Notes: a model not told the origin generated them from the letters alone. Shown: positions 1 to 8,187, numbered from the stretch's first letter. The stretch: DNA of 64,000 nt from Candidatus Moraniibacteriota bacterium (GCA_013334245.1 JAAXXZ010000001.1:54675-118674), one strand, 5' to 3'. A program made the numbers and translations.

Positions 1-443
1 GCGATGCTCCGATTCTCGTCCGTCACCGGCTGCGGGAATCCGACCGCATACAGGGACGAAATCAAAATCCAGGCGAGCAGGAAATTCATCACGACCCCGG
101 CGGCGAGTACCGCCACCCGCGTTCCCACGGACTTCGAGGCGAAACTGTCCGAGTCGAGCAGCGCGTTCGAATCCTCGCCTTTCATCCGGACGAACCCACC
201 GAACGGGATCCAGTTGAGGGAGTAAATCGTATGCTCGGATGTCACGTCCGTATCGCCGAGCAGTATCCGTCTTTTGCCGGTCTTCGAATCCTTCACGATC
301 CCGAGCAGGCGCGGCGGGAAACCGAACCCGAATTCTTCGGCCTTGATACCGCTTCTGATCGCCACGATGAAATGACCAAGCTCATGAGCCAGTATGAGCA
401 CCCCGAGCAGCAGAAAAAAAATGAGGAACGTCGCGAACGTCAT
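1..443 (-). CDS. rseP: RIP metalloprotease RseP / site-2 protease (peptidase M50), N-terminal part; gene continues beyond window start
   Basis: Minus-strand reading frame from ATG at 443 running off the window start, so it is absent from the ORF track. Translation MTFATFLIFFLLLGVLILAHELGHFIVAIRSG...IPFGGFVRMKGED...NKSVGTRVAVLAAGVVMNF gives the HExGH zinc motif and conserved blocks as in E. coli RseP. It lies downstream of frr as in the common frr...rseP arrangement. Confidence 0.8.
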   Translation of the reverse strand, partial: MTFATFLIFFLLLGVLILAHELGHFIVAIRSGIKAEEFGFGFPPRLLGIVKDSKTGKRRILLGDTDVTSEHTIYSLNWIPFGGFVRMKGEDSNALLDSDSFASKSVGTRVAVLAAGVVMNFLLAWILISSLYAVGFPQPVTDENRSI

Positions 444-467
444 GGCGTTTCTTCGTTTGAGATCGGA

Positions 468-1031
468 TTATACCGTGAGGATTTCCTCTTCCTTGCGCTT
501 TCGTACGGATTCGAGCTCCGCGTTCCATTTGTCCACCTCCTTCTGAAGCTCGTCCTTTCCCGAGAACTTCTCGTCTTCCCCGATCAGGCCTTCTTTTTCC
601 AGCGACAGGATCTCCTTCCATATCTCCTCCCTGATATTACGCACGGAAACGCGCGCGTCTTCCATCCTGGCGTTCAGAGTCCTGACAAGCTCCTTTCGAC
701 GGTCCTCCGTAAGCGGAGGAAGCGACAGACGGATGATGTGACCGTCGTCCGCGGGATTGAGGCCGAGATCGGAGGTCCGGATCGCATCGGCGACCGCCTG
801 GAGACTCGACTGATCCCATGGTTGGATGACCAGCATCCGCGGCTCCGGAACCGTGACGCTCGCTATCTGCTTGATCGGCGTGCGCGAACCGTAATACTCG
901 ACCATGACATCCTCGACGAGGGACGGATGCGCCCTGCCTGTCCGCAACTTCGCCGCCTCCATCTGAAAATGCTCCGATGCCGCTCGGAAACGGCTTTCGT
1001 TGCCCGAGATGATTCCTTTCACTTCGCTCAT
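468..1031 (-). CDS. frr: ribosome recycling factor
   Basis: The 187 aa ORF has the VEYYGSRTPIKQIASVTVPEPRMLVIQPWD signature and overall RRF length and architecture. ATG start at 1031. Confidence 0.92.
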   Translation of the reverse strand: MSEVKGIISGNESRFRAASEHFQMEAAKLRTGRAHPSLVEDVMVEYYGSRTPIKQIASVTVPEPRMLVIQPWDQSSLQAVADAIRTSDLGLNPADDGHIIRLSLPPLTEDRRKELVRTLNARMEDARVSVRNIREEIWKEILSLEKEGLIGEDEKFSGKDELQKEVDKWNAELESVRKRKEEEILTV

Positions 1032-1076
1032 ACTGATTGATAACTGGTTATCCGGATATGTGAGACCGACAAGACA

Positions 1077-2237
1077 TCACTTGAAATTCCGCAGACCGAC
1101 GAACAGATACCTGGAGTCGAACGGGTCGTACGAGACGACGGAGGCGGAACGATCCGAGTTAAGCGCGGTGACCGACCACGTCGCCCCTTCGTTCGTCGAC
1201 CGATAGAATGTCTTTCCCGCGACGAAAACGATATTCTTCGAATCCCGAGGATCGACCGCGACCGACCGGATGGGAAATTTCTCCGCGCTCTCGATGATAT
1301 TGAGCTTGGTCCAATTCTTCCCGTCGTCGGTACTCCGATATATTCCCGAATCCGACGTACCCGCATACAGGACACCCGATCGCGAAGGATCGGCGACCAG
1401 GGTCAGCATCTGACCGGGCGCATCCGTCGCGTTTGCAGCCGACTGATCGATTCCTTTTCCCTGGAGTGCACGCGCCCTCGCCTCTTCCGCCTTCACGGTC
1501 TTCCAGTCGATCCACGTGTTTCCCCCGTCGAACGAGTGGTACATGCCCTGTCCATACGTTATGAAGGATATCGAATCGTGACGTTTCGCATCGAAGGTGA
1601 TATTCGAGATGATCCCGTACTCCGTTTTGCTGCCGAGATTCTTCCACGTCGCCCCCGCGTCGAGCGACTTCAACAGCGTTCCGGCATTCGTTCCCGCATA
1701 GATGACCTCCGCGTTCCACGGATCCTGCGCAAGCGAGGAAACGAACGTTTCGTTCCCCGGTTCCGTATAGACCTCGGTCCAATTGGATCCGTTGTCATCC
1801 GTCCGGAAAATCTTTCCGCGGCCGTTCACGACGCCGGAAACGAACATCCTGTTATCGGGATCCCTCCGATCGACGATGAAGCTGTAGATGCGTTTCGGCG
1901 GAAACGGGATAGGTAGCCAGGTCTCCCCGCCGTTATCCGTCTTGAACACCCCGTCATCGACGGTGCCGAGTACGATCGACTTCGGCTTGGTAGGGTGAAA
2001 AGCGATGGACAGTATGTCCGCCTTATCGATCATCCGGTTCGCATCAACGGTCGAACGGACCTGGAACGTAAGACCGGCATCCTCGCTTTTCCACACGCTG
2101 CCCTTCTCGTTCTTCGATACGAGCCCGCCCGGAACAGGCAATTGCAACTGACCGGTCGACGATGGTTGGGTACCGACCGAGCATCCCGACAACACTACCG
2201 CCATAAGCGGCACGAGAAACTGTATCGTTTTTTTCAT
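1077..2237 (-). CDS. secreted lipoprotein with BNR/Asp-box repeats (Ycf48/sortilin-like beta-propeller)
   Basis: Internal ATG (M31 of track ORF 1077..2327) gives MKKTIQFLVPLMAVVLSGCS, a lipobox signal peptide. There are multiple S-x-D-x-G-x-T-W repeats (TDNGGETW, TDDNGSNWT, SLDAGATW, SFDGGNTW, STDDGKNWT, STNEGATW). Confidence 0.6.
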   Translation of the reverse strand: MKKTIQFLVPLMAVVLSGCSVGTQPSSTGQLQLPVPGGLVSKNEKGSVWKSEDAGLTFQVRSTVDANRMIDKADILSIAFHPTKPKSIVLGTVDDGVFKTDNGGETWLPIPFPPKRIYSFIVDRRDPDNRMFVSGVVNGRGKIFRTDDNGSNWTEVYTEPGNETFVSSLAQDPWNAEVIYAGTNAGTLLKSLDAGATWKNLGSKTEYGIISNITFDAKRHDSISFITYGQGMYHSFDGGNTWIDWKTVKAEEARARALQGKGIDQSAANATDAPGQMLTLVADPSRSGVLYAGTSDSGIYRSTDDGKNWTKLNIIESAEKFPIRSVAVDPRDSKNIVFVAGKTFYRSTNEGATWSVTALNSDRSASVVSYDPFDSRYLFVGLRNFK

Positions 2238-2357
2238 ATTTGGGAGTTTTCCCGTGGGTTCCTGTTTTTTCAGTATATCAGAAGGACCCGAAAAGCAAAG
2301 TGGCGATTGACTCCCGACTTCGTACAAGCTATACTTCCCTTGTTTCCATTTTATGCC

Positions 2358-2446
2358 GGGTCGTTAGCTCACCCGAACGAAAGGCTTTACATAGCAATAC
2401 GGGCAGGGTTGGTAAATCCGCCAACTGGCGGAATTTCAGGTTAGCC
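2358..2446 (+). repeat. degenerate tRNA-Lys-derived repeat copy A: first 14 nt of tRNA-Lys (GGGTCGTTAGCTCA), a 36 nt insert, then GTTGGTAAATCCGCCAACTGGCGGAATTTCAGGTTAGCC carrying the TCCGCC-N4-GGCGGA palindrome
   Basis: Direct sequence comparison with the intact tRNA-Lys at 2718-2790 and with copies at 2791-2888 and 3717-3785. Confidence 0.6.
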
Positions 2447-2448
2447 TG

Positions 2449-2727
2449 ATGAATATGGATTCTCTGACGAGATACTCCATATATGTAATACAAAACGAAG
2501 CCGGTAAAAGATATATCGGATATACTTCTGATTTAGAAAAGCGGCTCAAGCGGCATAATGGGGATTTACCGAACAAAACGACGTCCTATACGCGGAAGAA
2601 TCGAGGACACTGGACATTGAAATACAAAGAGGAGTACGCTAGTAGACAGGAGGCATTACGGAGGGAAAAGGAATTGAAAAGTTGCCAAGGCAGAAAGTTT
2701 ATCACAGAGATACTCTCGGGTCGTTAG
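2449..2727 (+). CDS. GIY-YIG nuclease family protein (YhbQ/UPF0213-like small GIY-YIG domain)
   Basis: The 92 aa ORF has YSIYVIQNEAGKRYIGYTSDLEKRLKRHN, the GIY...YIG...R...H core. It is AT-rich (about 38% GC) against the 57% background. Its stop codon TAG is formed by bases 8-10 of the tRNA-Lys gene. Confidence 0.8.
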   Translation: MNMDSLTRYSIYVIQNEAGKRYIGYTSDLEKRLKRHNGDLPNKTTSYTRKNRGHWTLKYKEEYASRQEALRREKELKSCQGRKFITEILSGR

Positions 2728-2790
2728 CTCAGTTGGTAGAGCAGTGGCCTTTTAAGCCAACGGTCGCTGGTTCGAATCCAGCACGACCCA
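2718..2790 (+). tRNA. tRNA-Lys (anticodon UUU)
   Basis: Cloverleaf: acceptor GGGTCGT/ACGACCC, D-arm GCTC-AGTTGGTA-GAGC, anticodon loop CTTTTAA, T-arm GCTGG-TTCGAAT-CCAGC, discriminator A. No encoded CCA. Confidence 0.85.
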
Positions 2791-2888
2791 CACCGAGAAA
2801 ACATGCTCCATATCGATCAGTTGGTAGATCCGCCGGCTGGCGGACTGTTAAGCCAACGGTCGCTGGTTCGAATCCAGCACGACCCACC
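2791..2888 (+). repeat. tRNA-Lys-derived repeat copy C: leader CACCGAGAAAACATGCTCCATATCGATCA plus degenerate tRNA-like GTTGGTAGATCCGCCGGCTGGCGGACTGTTAAGCC...TTCGAATCCAGCACGACCCACC. It lacks a 5' acceptor strand and the anticodon arm is replaced by the palindrome TCCGCCGGCTGGCGGA
   Basis: 3' portion is identical to the tRNA-Lys 3' half. There is no GGGTCGT 5' strand, so no cloverleaf can form. The leader reappears in degenerate form after this copy (CCGAGAATAGACGCTCTATATCTATCAGTTG). Confidence 0.6.
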
Positions 2889-2919
2889 CCGAGAATAGAC
2901 GCTCTATATCTATCAGTTG

Positions 2920-3716
2920 TCCGAAATCCGCATTTGCCCTAGTGCTAAAATTAACAATTCAACAATATGACAACGAATAGATGTATCATAATTCATGGAT
3001 GCCCCTCTGATTCTGAAAAAGAGATGGATCCTGAAACAAGGACCTATGACAAGCACTGGATTCCGTGGTTAAAAAGAAATCTTATTGCAAAAAATATTGA
3101 AACGGAAACTCCCCTCATGCCATCGCCCTGGCAACCTGATTATGAAAAAATCAAAGCTGAGTTTGAAAAATATACTGTTGATGAAAACACAATCTTAGTG
3201 GGTCATAGTTGCGGTTGTGCCTTCTTGGTTCGATGGCTTGGTGAAACTAAGACCAAAATTTTTAAACTTTTTTTAGTCGCGCCTTGGAAAATTCCGCAAG
3301 AGAAAAGGAATGGTGCTGATGTAAATTTCTATACATATCAGATTGACCAGTCTATCAAGGACAGGATAAGTCAAATAGTTATGTTTACTGCGGACGATGA
3401 GGAGGAAGACGGAAAAAAAAGTTTAAAAATTTTTCATGATGTACTTGGTGGCGAGATTATCGAGCTAAAAGGGCGAGGGCATTACTGTTTGGACGATATG
3501 AAAACCGAGGAGCTTCCTGAGCTATTGGAAAAGATTTTGCAATAAGATTTCGAGGCATCCATTTCTTGCTAACAAGGACGGGCAAATGCGGACACCGCAC
3601 AACACTTCATATCCGGTTCAGGAATTTTTCACATTTATGATTCAAGGTAGGGAAAATTCCTTCTCCCAAATTTTTGTTCCGCTATCGCTGCACAAAAAAT
3701 TCGGATGATGCCGAAA
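2920..3716 (+). mobile_element. putative non-autonomous cassette inserted in a tRNA-derived repeat unit. AT-rich, carries the hydrolase gene, has internal inverted repeats TCCGCATTTGCCC (2927-2939) and GGGCAAATGCGGA (3580-3592), and is flanked by GTTG on both sides (2916-2919 and 3717-3720)
   Basis: The repeat unit ...ATCAGTTG|GTAGATCCGCC... is interrupted after GTTG at 2919 and resumes with GTTGGTAGATCCGCC at 3717. GC content drops to about 38% inside. Inverted 13-nt repeats lie near both ends. Confidence 0.4.
2967..3545 (+). CDS. alpha/beta serine hydrolase of the RBBP9/YdeN family (PF06821-like)
   Basis: 192 aa with N-terminal IIIHG, LVGHSCG nucleophile elbow (GxSxG), and C-terminal GHY motif. 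It is a paralogue of the CDS at 8266..8820. AT-rich codon usage. Confidence 0.75.
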   Translation: MTTNRCIIIHGCPSDSEKEMDPETRTYDKHWIPWLKRNLIAKNIETETPLMPSPWQPDYEKIKAEFEKYTVDENTILVGHSCGCAFLVRWLGETKTKIFKLFLVAPWKIPQEKRNGADVNFYTYQIDQSIKDRISQIVMFTADDEEEDGKKSLKIFHDVLGGEIIELKGRGHYCLDDMKTEELPELLEKILQ

Positions 3717-3785
3717 CGTTGGTAGATCCGCCGGCTGGCGGACTGTTAAGCCAACGGTCGCTGGTTCGAATCCAGCACGACCCAC
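3717..3785 (+). repeat. tRNA-Lys-derived repeat copy D (GTTGGTAGATCCGCCGGCTGGCGGACTGTTAAGCC...ACGACCCACC), identical to copy C body
   Basis: 69 nt identical to 2820-2888. No 5' acceptor strand upstream. Confidence 0.6.
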
Positions 3786-3793
3786 CGAAAACG

Positions 3794-3818
3794 AAAAGCC
3801 GCCATAGGGCGGTTTTTC
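3794..3818 (+). terminator. Rho-independent terminator-like hairpin AAAAGCCGCC-ATAG-GGCGGTTTTT
   Basis: GC stem 6 bp, 4-nt loop, followed by T5. Lies directly after repeat copy D. Confidence 0.5.
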
Positions 3819-3862
3819 GCTTGTGTCGGTCGAAGGCGAAGAAACGGGCACTTGACTGACAC

Positions 3863-4324
3863 TCATTCACTTATGGTTTTCCTCATCGGTATCAATAGCA
3901 ATCGGCGTCCCTCAAGTGGCTCCTTCGCAAGGACATCGACCGGCTCGACAGAGCTCCACCCGTTCGCCCTGAAAAATTCCACTGCGTTCGGCTCCGCACT
4001 CAGCAGCGCGGTCCGCTTTCCTCGTACCCGCAAACGCGCCTCCAATTTCGAAAGAATCTGTGTGCCGAGTCCCTGCAGACGATATTCCGGCCGCACGAAC
4101 ACATGCGTAACCCAACCGTCCTTCCGTGCCCGTCCGAATCCGGCGAATCGGTCGTTTTCCCAGGCGGTCAGGAACAGATCGCCTTCCCACGTGCGTATCT
4201 CATCCTCGGCAGGATCGTCAAACGCGACTTCGGATGCCGCATCGTCCACGTGCAAAAGGTCGACGATATCTTTCGCGCTGGCCGAACCGAAACCGTCACA
4301 CATTGAAAAGTTCGATCCGTTCAT
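3863..4324 (-). CDS. GNAT family N-acetyltransferase
   Basis: The 153 aa ORF has a GNAT-like core (HVFVRPEYRLQGLGTQIL), the acetyl-CoA binding Q/RxxGxG/A motif. ATG start overlaps the stop of the upstream gene (ATGA). Confidence 0.7.
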   Translation of the reverse strand: MNGSNFSMCDGFGSASAKDIVDLLHVDDAASEVAFDDPAEDEIRTWEGDLFLTAWENDRFAGFGRARKDGWVTHVFVRPEYRLQGLGTQILSKLEARLRVRGKRTALLSAEPNAVEFFRANGWSSVEPVDVLAKEPLEGRRLLLIPMRKTISE

Positions 4325-5313
4325 GCGATTTCTGTCTTATTGTCCGGACGCAACATCCTTGCCAGTGAACTCTTCGCTTCGAATATCCTCTTCGTCGCCT
4401 CGTATTTGGCCGCGTATTCGATATTGATCTTTATCCCGAACGCCCCGTTTTTTATATCACCGTCGAACATTTTCTTTCCCAGCTGCTGCCCCCACTTGCT
4501 GTTTCCATGCGCTACACATATTTCTTTCCGAATCTCTTCCGCCCGCCCACTCATATACGCTAAGAAGCCTGCCATAGTCGGCGCGGCGCCACTTCCCTCT
4601 TTTTCGATGCTTATCAGATATTTTCGGAAAAAGGTCGCATTATACCTGAGGACTCCGAATTTCTCCACGTCATCAGATTCGGAATATTCGCTCACTTCCT
4701 TGATGATCTCGGCGAACAGTTTCGCCGCACCCTTGGCAGATCCACCGATAGTCTTGGGATTGACATTGAACCGTCCCGCCGCCCACGGAGTCAGCTGAAA
4801 AGGCCCGCCCTTCCCCCACGTCTCGTTGTTCCAGAAAGACTCATACATGGATACCAACGCGAATGTCCTCGGAACGCTTTCCTTATCGAACTCATGCGAT
4901 ACGGTGCTCCAGTTTTGTCGGAGGCCGTCAATAGCGGAATCGAAATCGCCCGCGAAATCACCCTCCGTATACTGCCAAACCCAATAATCGACCATTTTTT
5001 CAAACTCTTCCATTCCGATCTCTTTCACGCCTTTCTCATAAGAGAACATCTCGTCCATGGGGTTTTCATGAACGTTTTCGGATTCAACGGATTCCGGTTC
5101 CTCCTGAGCTTTTCCGCGACCTTCGACGACCTCTTGTTCCTTTTTTCCATCGACCAGCAATTCATGGAGCGCACCTGCCCCTACCGCGGTCCCGGCCAGC
5201 ACTATTCCCGCATCCCGAAGAAACTTTCTTCTGCCTGGATCCGCCTCCGCGGGACGTCCCGCCTTTCTATCCGCAGCGCCTCCGACCGTTGGTTTTTCGA
5301 ATCCGAACGCCAT
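4321..5313 (-). CDS. hypothetical secreted protein with twin-arginine (Tat) signal peptide
   Basis: Internal ATG (M11 of track ORF, whose own start is TTG). RRKFLRDAGIVLAGTAVGAGA matches the Tat motif S/T-RRxFL followed by a hydrophobic stretch. The rest has no domain I can name. Confidence 0.5.
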   Translation of the reverse strand: MAFGFEKPTVGGAADRKAGRPAEADPGRRKFLRDAGIVLAGTAVGAGALHELLVDGKKEQEVVEGRGKAQEEPESVESENVHENPMDEMFSYEKGVKEIGMEEFEKMVDYWVWQYTEGDFAGDFDSAIDGLRQNWSTVSHEFDKESVPRTFALVSMYESFWNNETWGKGGPFQLTPWAAGRFNVNPKTIGGSAKGAAKLFAEIIKEVSEYSESDDVEKFGVLRYNATFFRKYLISIEKEGSGAAPTMAGFLAYMSGRAEEIRKEICVAHGNSKWGQQLGKKMFDGDIKNGAFGIKINIEYAAKYEATKRIFEAKSSLARMLRPDNKTEIA

Positions 5314-5405
5314 ATCCGTATCTGAATCAGTACGTATCAACAATATTGTACACCAAAAGGAAAACTGGAACGACCGGCCCTCGTATAGTATACTGCATTC
5401 ACTCC

Positions 5406-6593
5406 ATGTTTACGGAAAAAATCCCTATGAACCGAGACCATCCGGCCATCAAATATCACCTCGAAAGTCGCGGAAAGATCGAAACGTCCCTCAAATCCCC
5501 CTTACGTTCAGCAGAAGATCTCTCACTCGCGTATACCCCGGGAGTGGCGGAAGTATGCAGGACCATCGCGGCGGAACCCGAAACCGTGGAAACACTCACG
5601 AATCGCGGAAATACGGTCGCGATCGTGACTGATGGGACCGCCATTCTCGGGCTCGGCGATATAGGCCCCTCTGCCGGTCTTCCGGTCATGGAAGGGAAAG
5701 CCATGCTGTTCAAGAAAACGGCGGACGTCGATGCCGTACCGCTCTGCATCTCGGCGAACGGCACGGAGGACGTAGTCCGATTCTGCAAACAGATCGAACC
5801 GTCGTTCGGAGGCATCAACCTCGAGGATATCGCGGCTCCGGAATGTTTTGAAATTCTTGAAAGACTTGAAAAGGAACTTTCAATTCCCGTGTTTCATGAC
5901 GATCAGGACGGTACCGCCATCGTGGTCACGGCAGCGCTCATAAACGCTTCCAAGGTACGCGGCAGCGACATCACATCGCTTCGGGCCGTCATAAACGGAT
6001 CAGGAGCGGCCGGCATAGCGATCGCGAGACTCCTGATTTCAAAAGGTGTCGAAGACGTCGTACTCGTCGACAGCAAGGGCATCCTGAACCTCGAACGGGC
6101 GGACCTTAACGATTCGAAGCGGGAAATAGCGTCGCGATCGAATCCTCGCGCGCTTTCCGGGAATCTCGCAACCGCCTTATCGAATGCGGACGTATTCATC
6201 GGCGTCTCCAAAGGAAATATCCTCGACCGCGACGACATACGGACGATGGCCGAACGGCCCATCGTGTTCGCGATGGCGAATCCGGAACCCGAAATTCTTC
6301 CCGACGAGGCGACCGCGGGCGGAGCATTCATCGTCGGCACCGGTCGTTCCGATTTCCCCAATCAGATAAACAACGCGCTTGTTTTTCCCGGACTGTTCCG
6401 GGGACTCCTCGACGCGCGCGCCGCGGATTCTTCCCGCTCCGTTTCAAAGGTGACGGACTCCCTGAAACTCGCCGTCGCGAACGCTCTGGCGGGAACGGTC
6501 GAACCGACCGTCGACCGCATCCTCCCGGCCGTCATGGACCCTTCCGTCGTCCCGGCTGTCCGCGCAGCCGTTCTTGCATGGGACGCTTCATAA
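5406..6593 (+). CDS. NAD(P)-dependent malic enzyme (short bacterial form)
   Basis: Conserved malic-enzyme blocks LSLAYTPGVAEVC, VTDGTAILGLGDIG, GINLEDIAAPECF, VINGSGAAGIA, FAMANPEPEI. Start set at internal ATG (M40); 5427 is an alternative. Confidence 0.85.
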   Translation: MFTEKIPMNRDHPAIKYHLESRGKIETSLKSPLRSAEDLSLAYTPGVAEVCRTIAAEPETVETLTNRGNTVAIVTDGTAILGLGDIGPSAGLPVMEGKAMLFKKTADVDAVPLCISANGTEDVVRFCKQIEPSFGGINLEDIAAPECFEILERLEKELSIPVFHDDQDGTAIVVTAALINASKVRGSDITSLRAVINGSGAAGIAIARLLISKGVEDVVLVDSKGILNLERADLNDSKREIASRSNPRALSGNLATALSNADVFIGVSKGNILDRDDIRTMAERPIVFAMANPEPEILPDEATAGGAFIVGTGRSDFPNQINNALVFPGLFRGLLDARAADSSRSVSKVTDSLKLAVANALAGTVEPTVDRILPAVMDPSVVPAVRAAVLAWDAS

Positions 6594-6680
6594 TCGGCAT
6601 TTCAAGGCCCTGTCGAACCCAACACAAAAAGACGCCCTGTCTCCGGGGCGTCTTTTTGAACCGATCATCTTCGTGAAATC

Positions 6681-8003
6681 TTATACCGCGACAAGCCGGT
6701 CTTTCCCGACGTACGGACGCAGGACTTCCGGCACGACGACGGAACCGTCGGCTTGCTGGAAATTCTCAAGAATGGCGATAAGCGGACGGATGCTGGTAAG
6801 AGCGGTATTGTTGAGCATATAGACCGGGATCTTCTTCCCCGTTTCCGGATCACGATATTTCACATCGAGGCGTCGAGCCTGCCAATCGGTGAAGTTCGAG
6901 GAGCTCCCAAGCTCGCCCCAGCGGCTGAGACCCGGCATCCAGGCTTCCAGGTCGAATGCCTTGTATTTTCCGGTTCCCATATCACCCGCACAAATGCGTA
7001 TTTTTCGATACGGAAGTCCGAGTTCGGACAGTATTTCTTCCGTGATGGACAGCATCTCCGACTGCAGCGTTTCGGCCATATCGATATCGGCGGGAACAAG
7101 CACGACCTGCTCGACCTTCATGAACTCATGCACGCGATACAGACCCTTCGTATCCTTTCCATAGGAGCCGATCTCACTCCGATAGCACTGGCTGAATCCG
7201 GCATATCGGATCGGCAGATCGGCCGCTTCGAGCGTTTCACCGGAATGAAAAGCGAGGAGTGACGGCTCGGAAGTTCCCACAAGGAATTTCTTTTCCTTCG
7301 ATTCGCTCCCGTCCGTTTCCTTGTCCGATGACGCGACCTGATAGATCTCGTCCACCTCCCCGTCGTATTCGAGTCCCTTGAAATAGCCGCTGCCGAAAAG
7401 CGGAAATCCTTTCACCAATGTCGGCGGAATCATAGGAAGATATCCCTTTGCCGACATCTTGGACAGGGCATATGACATGAGTCCGAGGGCAAGAAGCGCT
7501 CCGTCCCCCTTGAGATAATATCCGCGGTACCCGGCGACCTTCGTTCCCCGCTCGAGGTCGAACAGTCCGAGCGATTCGCCAAGCGCGATATGATCCTTCG
7601 GTTCGAACCCGAATTCACGGATCTCGCCGTTGCGCGACACCTCCACGTTGTCTTCGTCACTCTGTCCTTCCGGCGTGTCCTCCGCAACGATGTTCGGTAC
7701 GAGCGCCATCAGCGCATCGAAACGCGCTTTCGTTTCACGAGCCATCGGCTCAAGCGATTCGATCTTCTCCTTGATGGCTCTCCCTTCGGCGATGGCCTCC
7801 TGCCGTTCCTCGTCCGACTTCGCCTGCGCGATTTTTTGGTTCAGGCCGTTCTTCTCCGCCTGGGCGGACTCCAAGGCCTGTGCCGCCTCGATCCGCGCCC
7901 GGTCCGCCTCAAAAAGCGCCTCGATATCGAAAGTAAGCTTCTTGCTTTTCGCCGCCTTGGCGATCTCGTCCCTATGATCACGGATGAACTGAATGTCGAG
8001 CAT
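6681..8003 (-). CDS. serS: serine--tRNA ligase
   Basis: N-terminal MLDIQFIRDHRDEI coiled-coil arm and class II core motifs (FHSGETLEAADLPIRYAGFSQCYRSE, GLYRVHEF). Start at internal ATG M16. Confidence 0.9.
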   Translation of the reverse strand: MLDIQFIRDHRDEIAKAAKSKKLTFDIEALFEADRARIEAAQALESAQAEKNGLNQKIAQAKSDEERQEAIAEGRAIKEKIESLEPMARETKARFDALMALVPNIVAEDTPEGQSDEDNVEVSRNGEIREFGFEPKDHIALGESLGLFDLERGTKVAGYRGYYLKGDGALLALGLMSYALSKMSAKGYLPMIPPTLVKGFPLFGSGYFKGLEYDGEVDEIYQVASSDKETDGSESKEKKFLVGTSEPSLLAFHSGETLEAADLPIRYAGFSQCYRSEIGSYGKDTKGLYRVHEFMKVEQVVLVPADIDMAETLQSEMLSITEEILSELGLPYRKIRICAGDMGTGKYKAFDLEAWMPGLSRWGELGSSSNFTDWQARRLDVKYRDPETGKKIPVYMLNNTALTSIRPLIAILENFQQADGSVVVPEVLRPYVGKDRLVAV

Positions 8004-8010
8004 AATCGGG

Positions 8011-8100
8011 AACTGACAACCTATAACTGACAACTTATAACCGTCCACATAATCAGTGGCTGAGATTTCTTGTTGTAAGTTGTTTGTTGTAAGTTATTCG
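8011..8100. repeat. dispersed intergenic repeat, motif B: AACTGACAACCTATAACTGACAACTTATAACC (8011-8042) and inverted GTTGTAAGTTGTTTGTTGTAAGTTATTCG (8072-8100)
   Basis: The same CAACTGACAACTTACAACTG-type motif recurs at 44471-44502 and 59080-59130. Confidence 0.55.
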
Positions 8101-8113
8101 TTTAATGACGTTG

Positions 8114-8187
8114 TGGTCGCTGGTGGACTCGAACCACCGACCCCTGCAATGTGAATGCAGTGCTCTAACCAACTGAGCTAAGCGACC
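8114..8187 (-). tRNA. tRNA-Val (anticodon CAC)
   Basis: Reverse complement GGTCGCTTAGCTCAGTTGGTTAGAGCACTGCATTCACATTGCAGGGGTCGGTGGTTCGAGTCCACCAGCGACCA. Acceptor GGTCGCT/AGCGACC, anticodon stem CTGCA/TGCAG, loop TTCACAT. Confidence 0.85.

Noticed and set aside
231-1040. 269-aa plus-strand ORF
   Set aside because: It is entirely antisense to the well-supported frr gene and the rseP N-terminus. Its translation is arginine-rich and of low complexity.
2791-2888. Copies C and D as additional functional tRNA genes
   Set aside because: No 5' acceptor strand complementary to ACGACCC, and the anticodon arm is replaced by a 16-nt palindrome with a 4-nt loop, so a cloverleaf cannot form.
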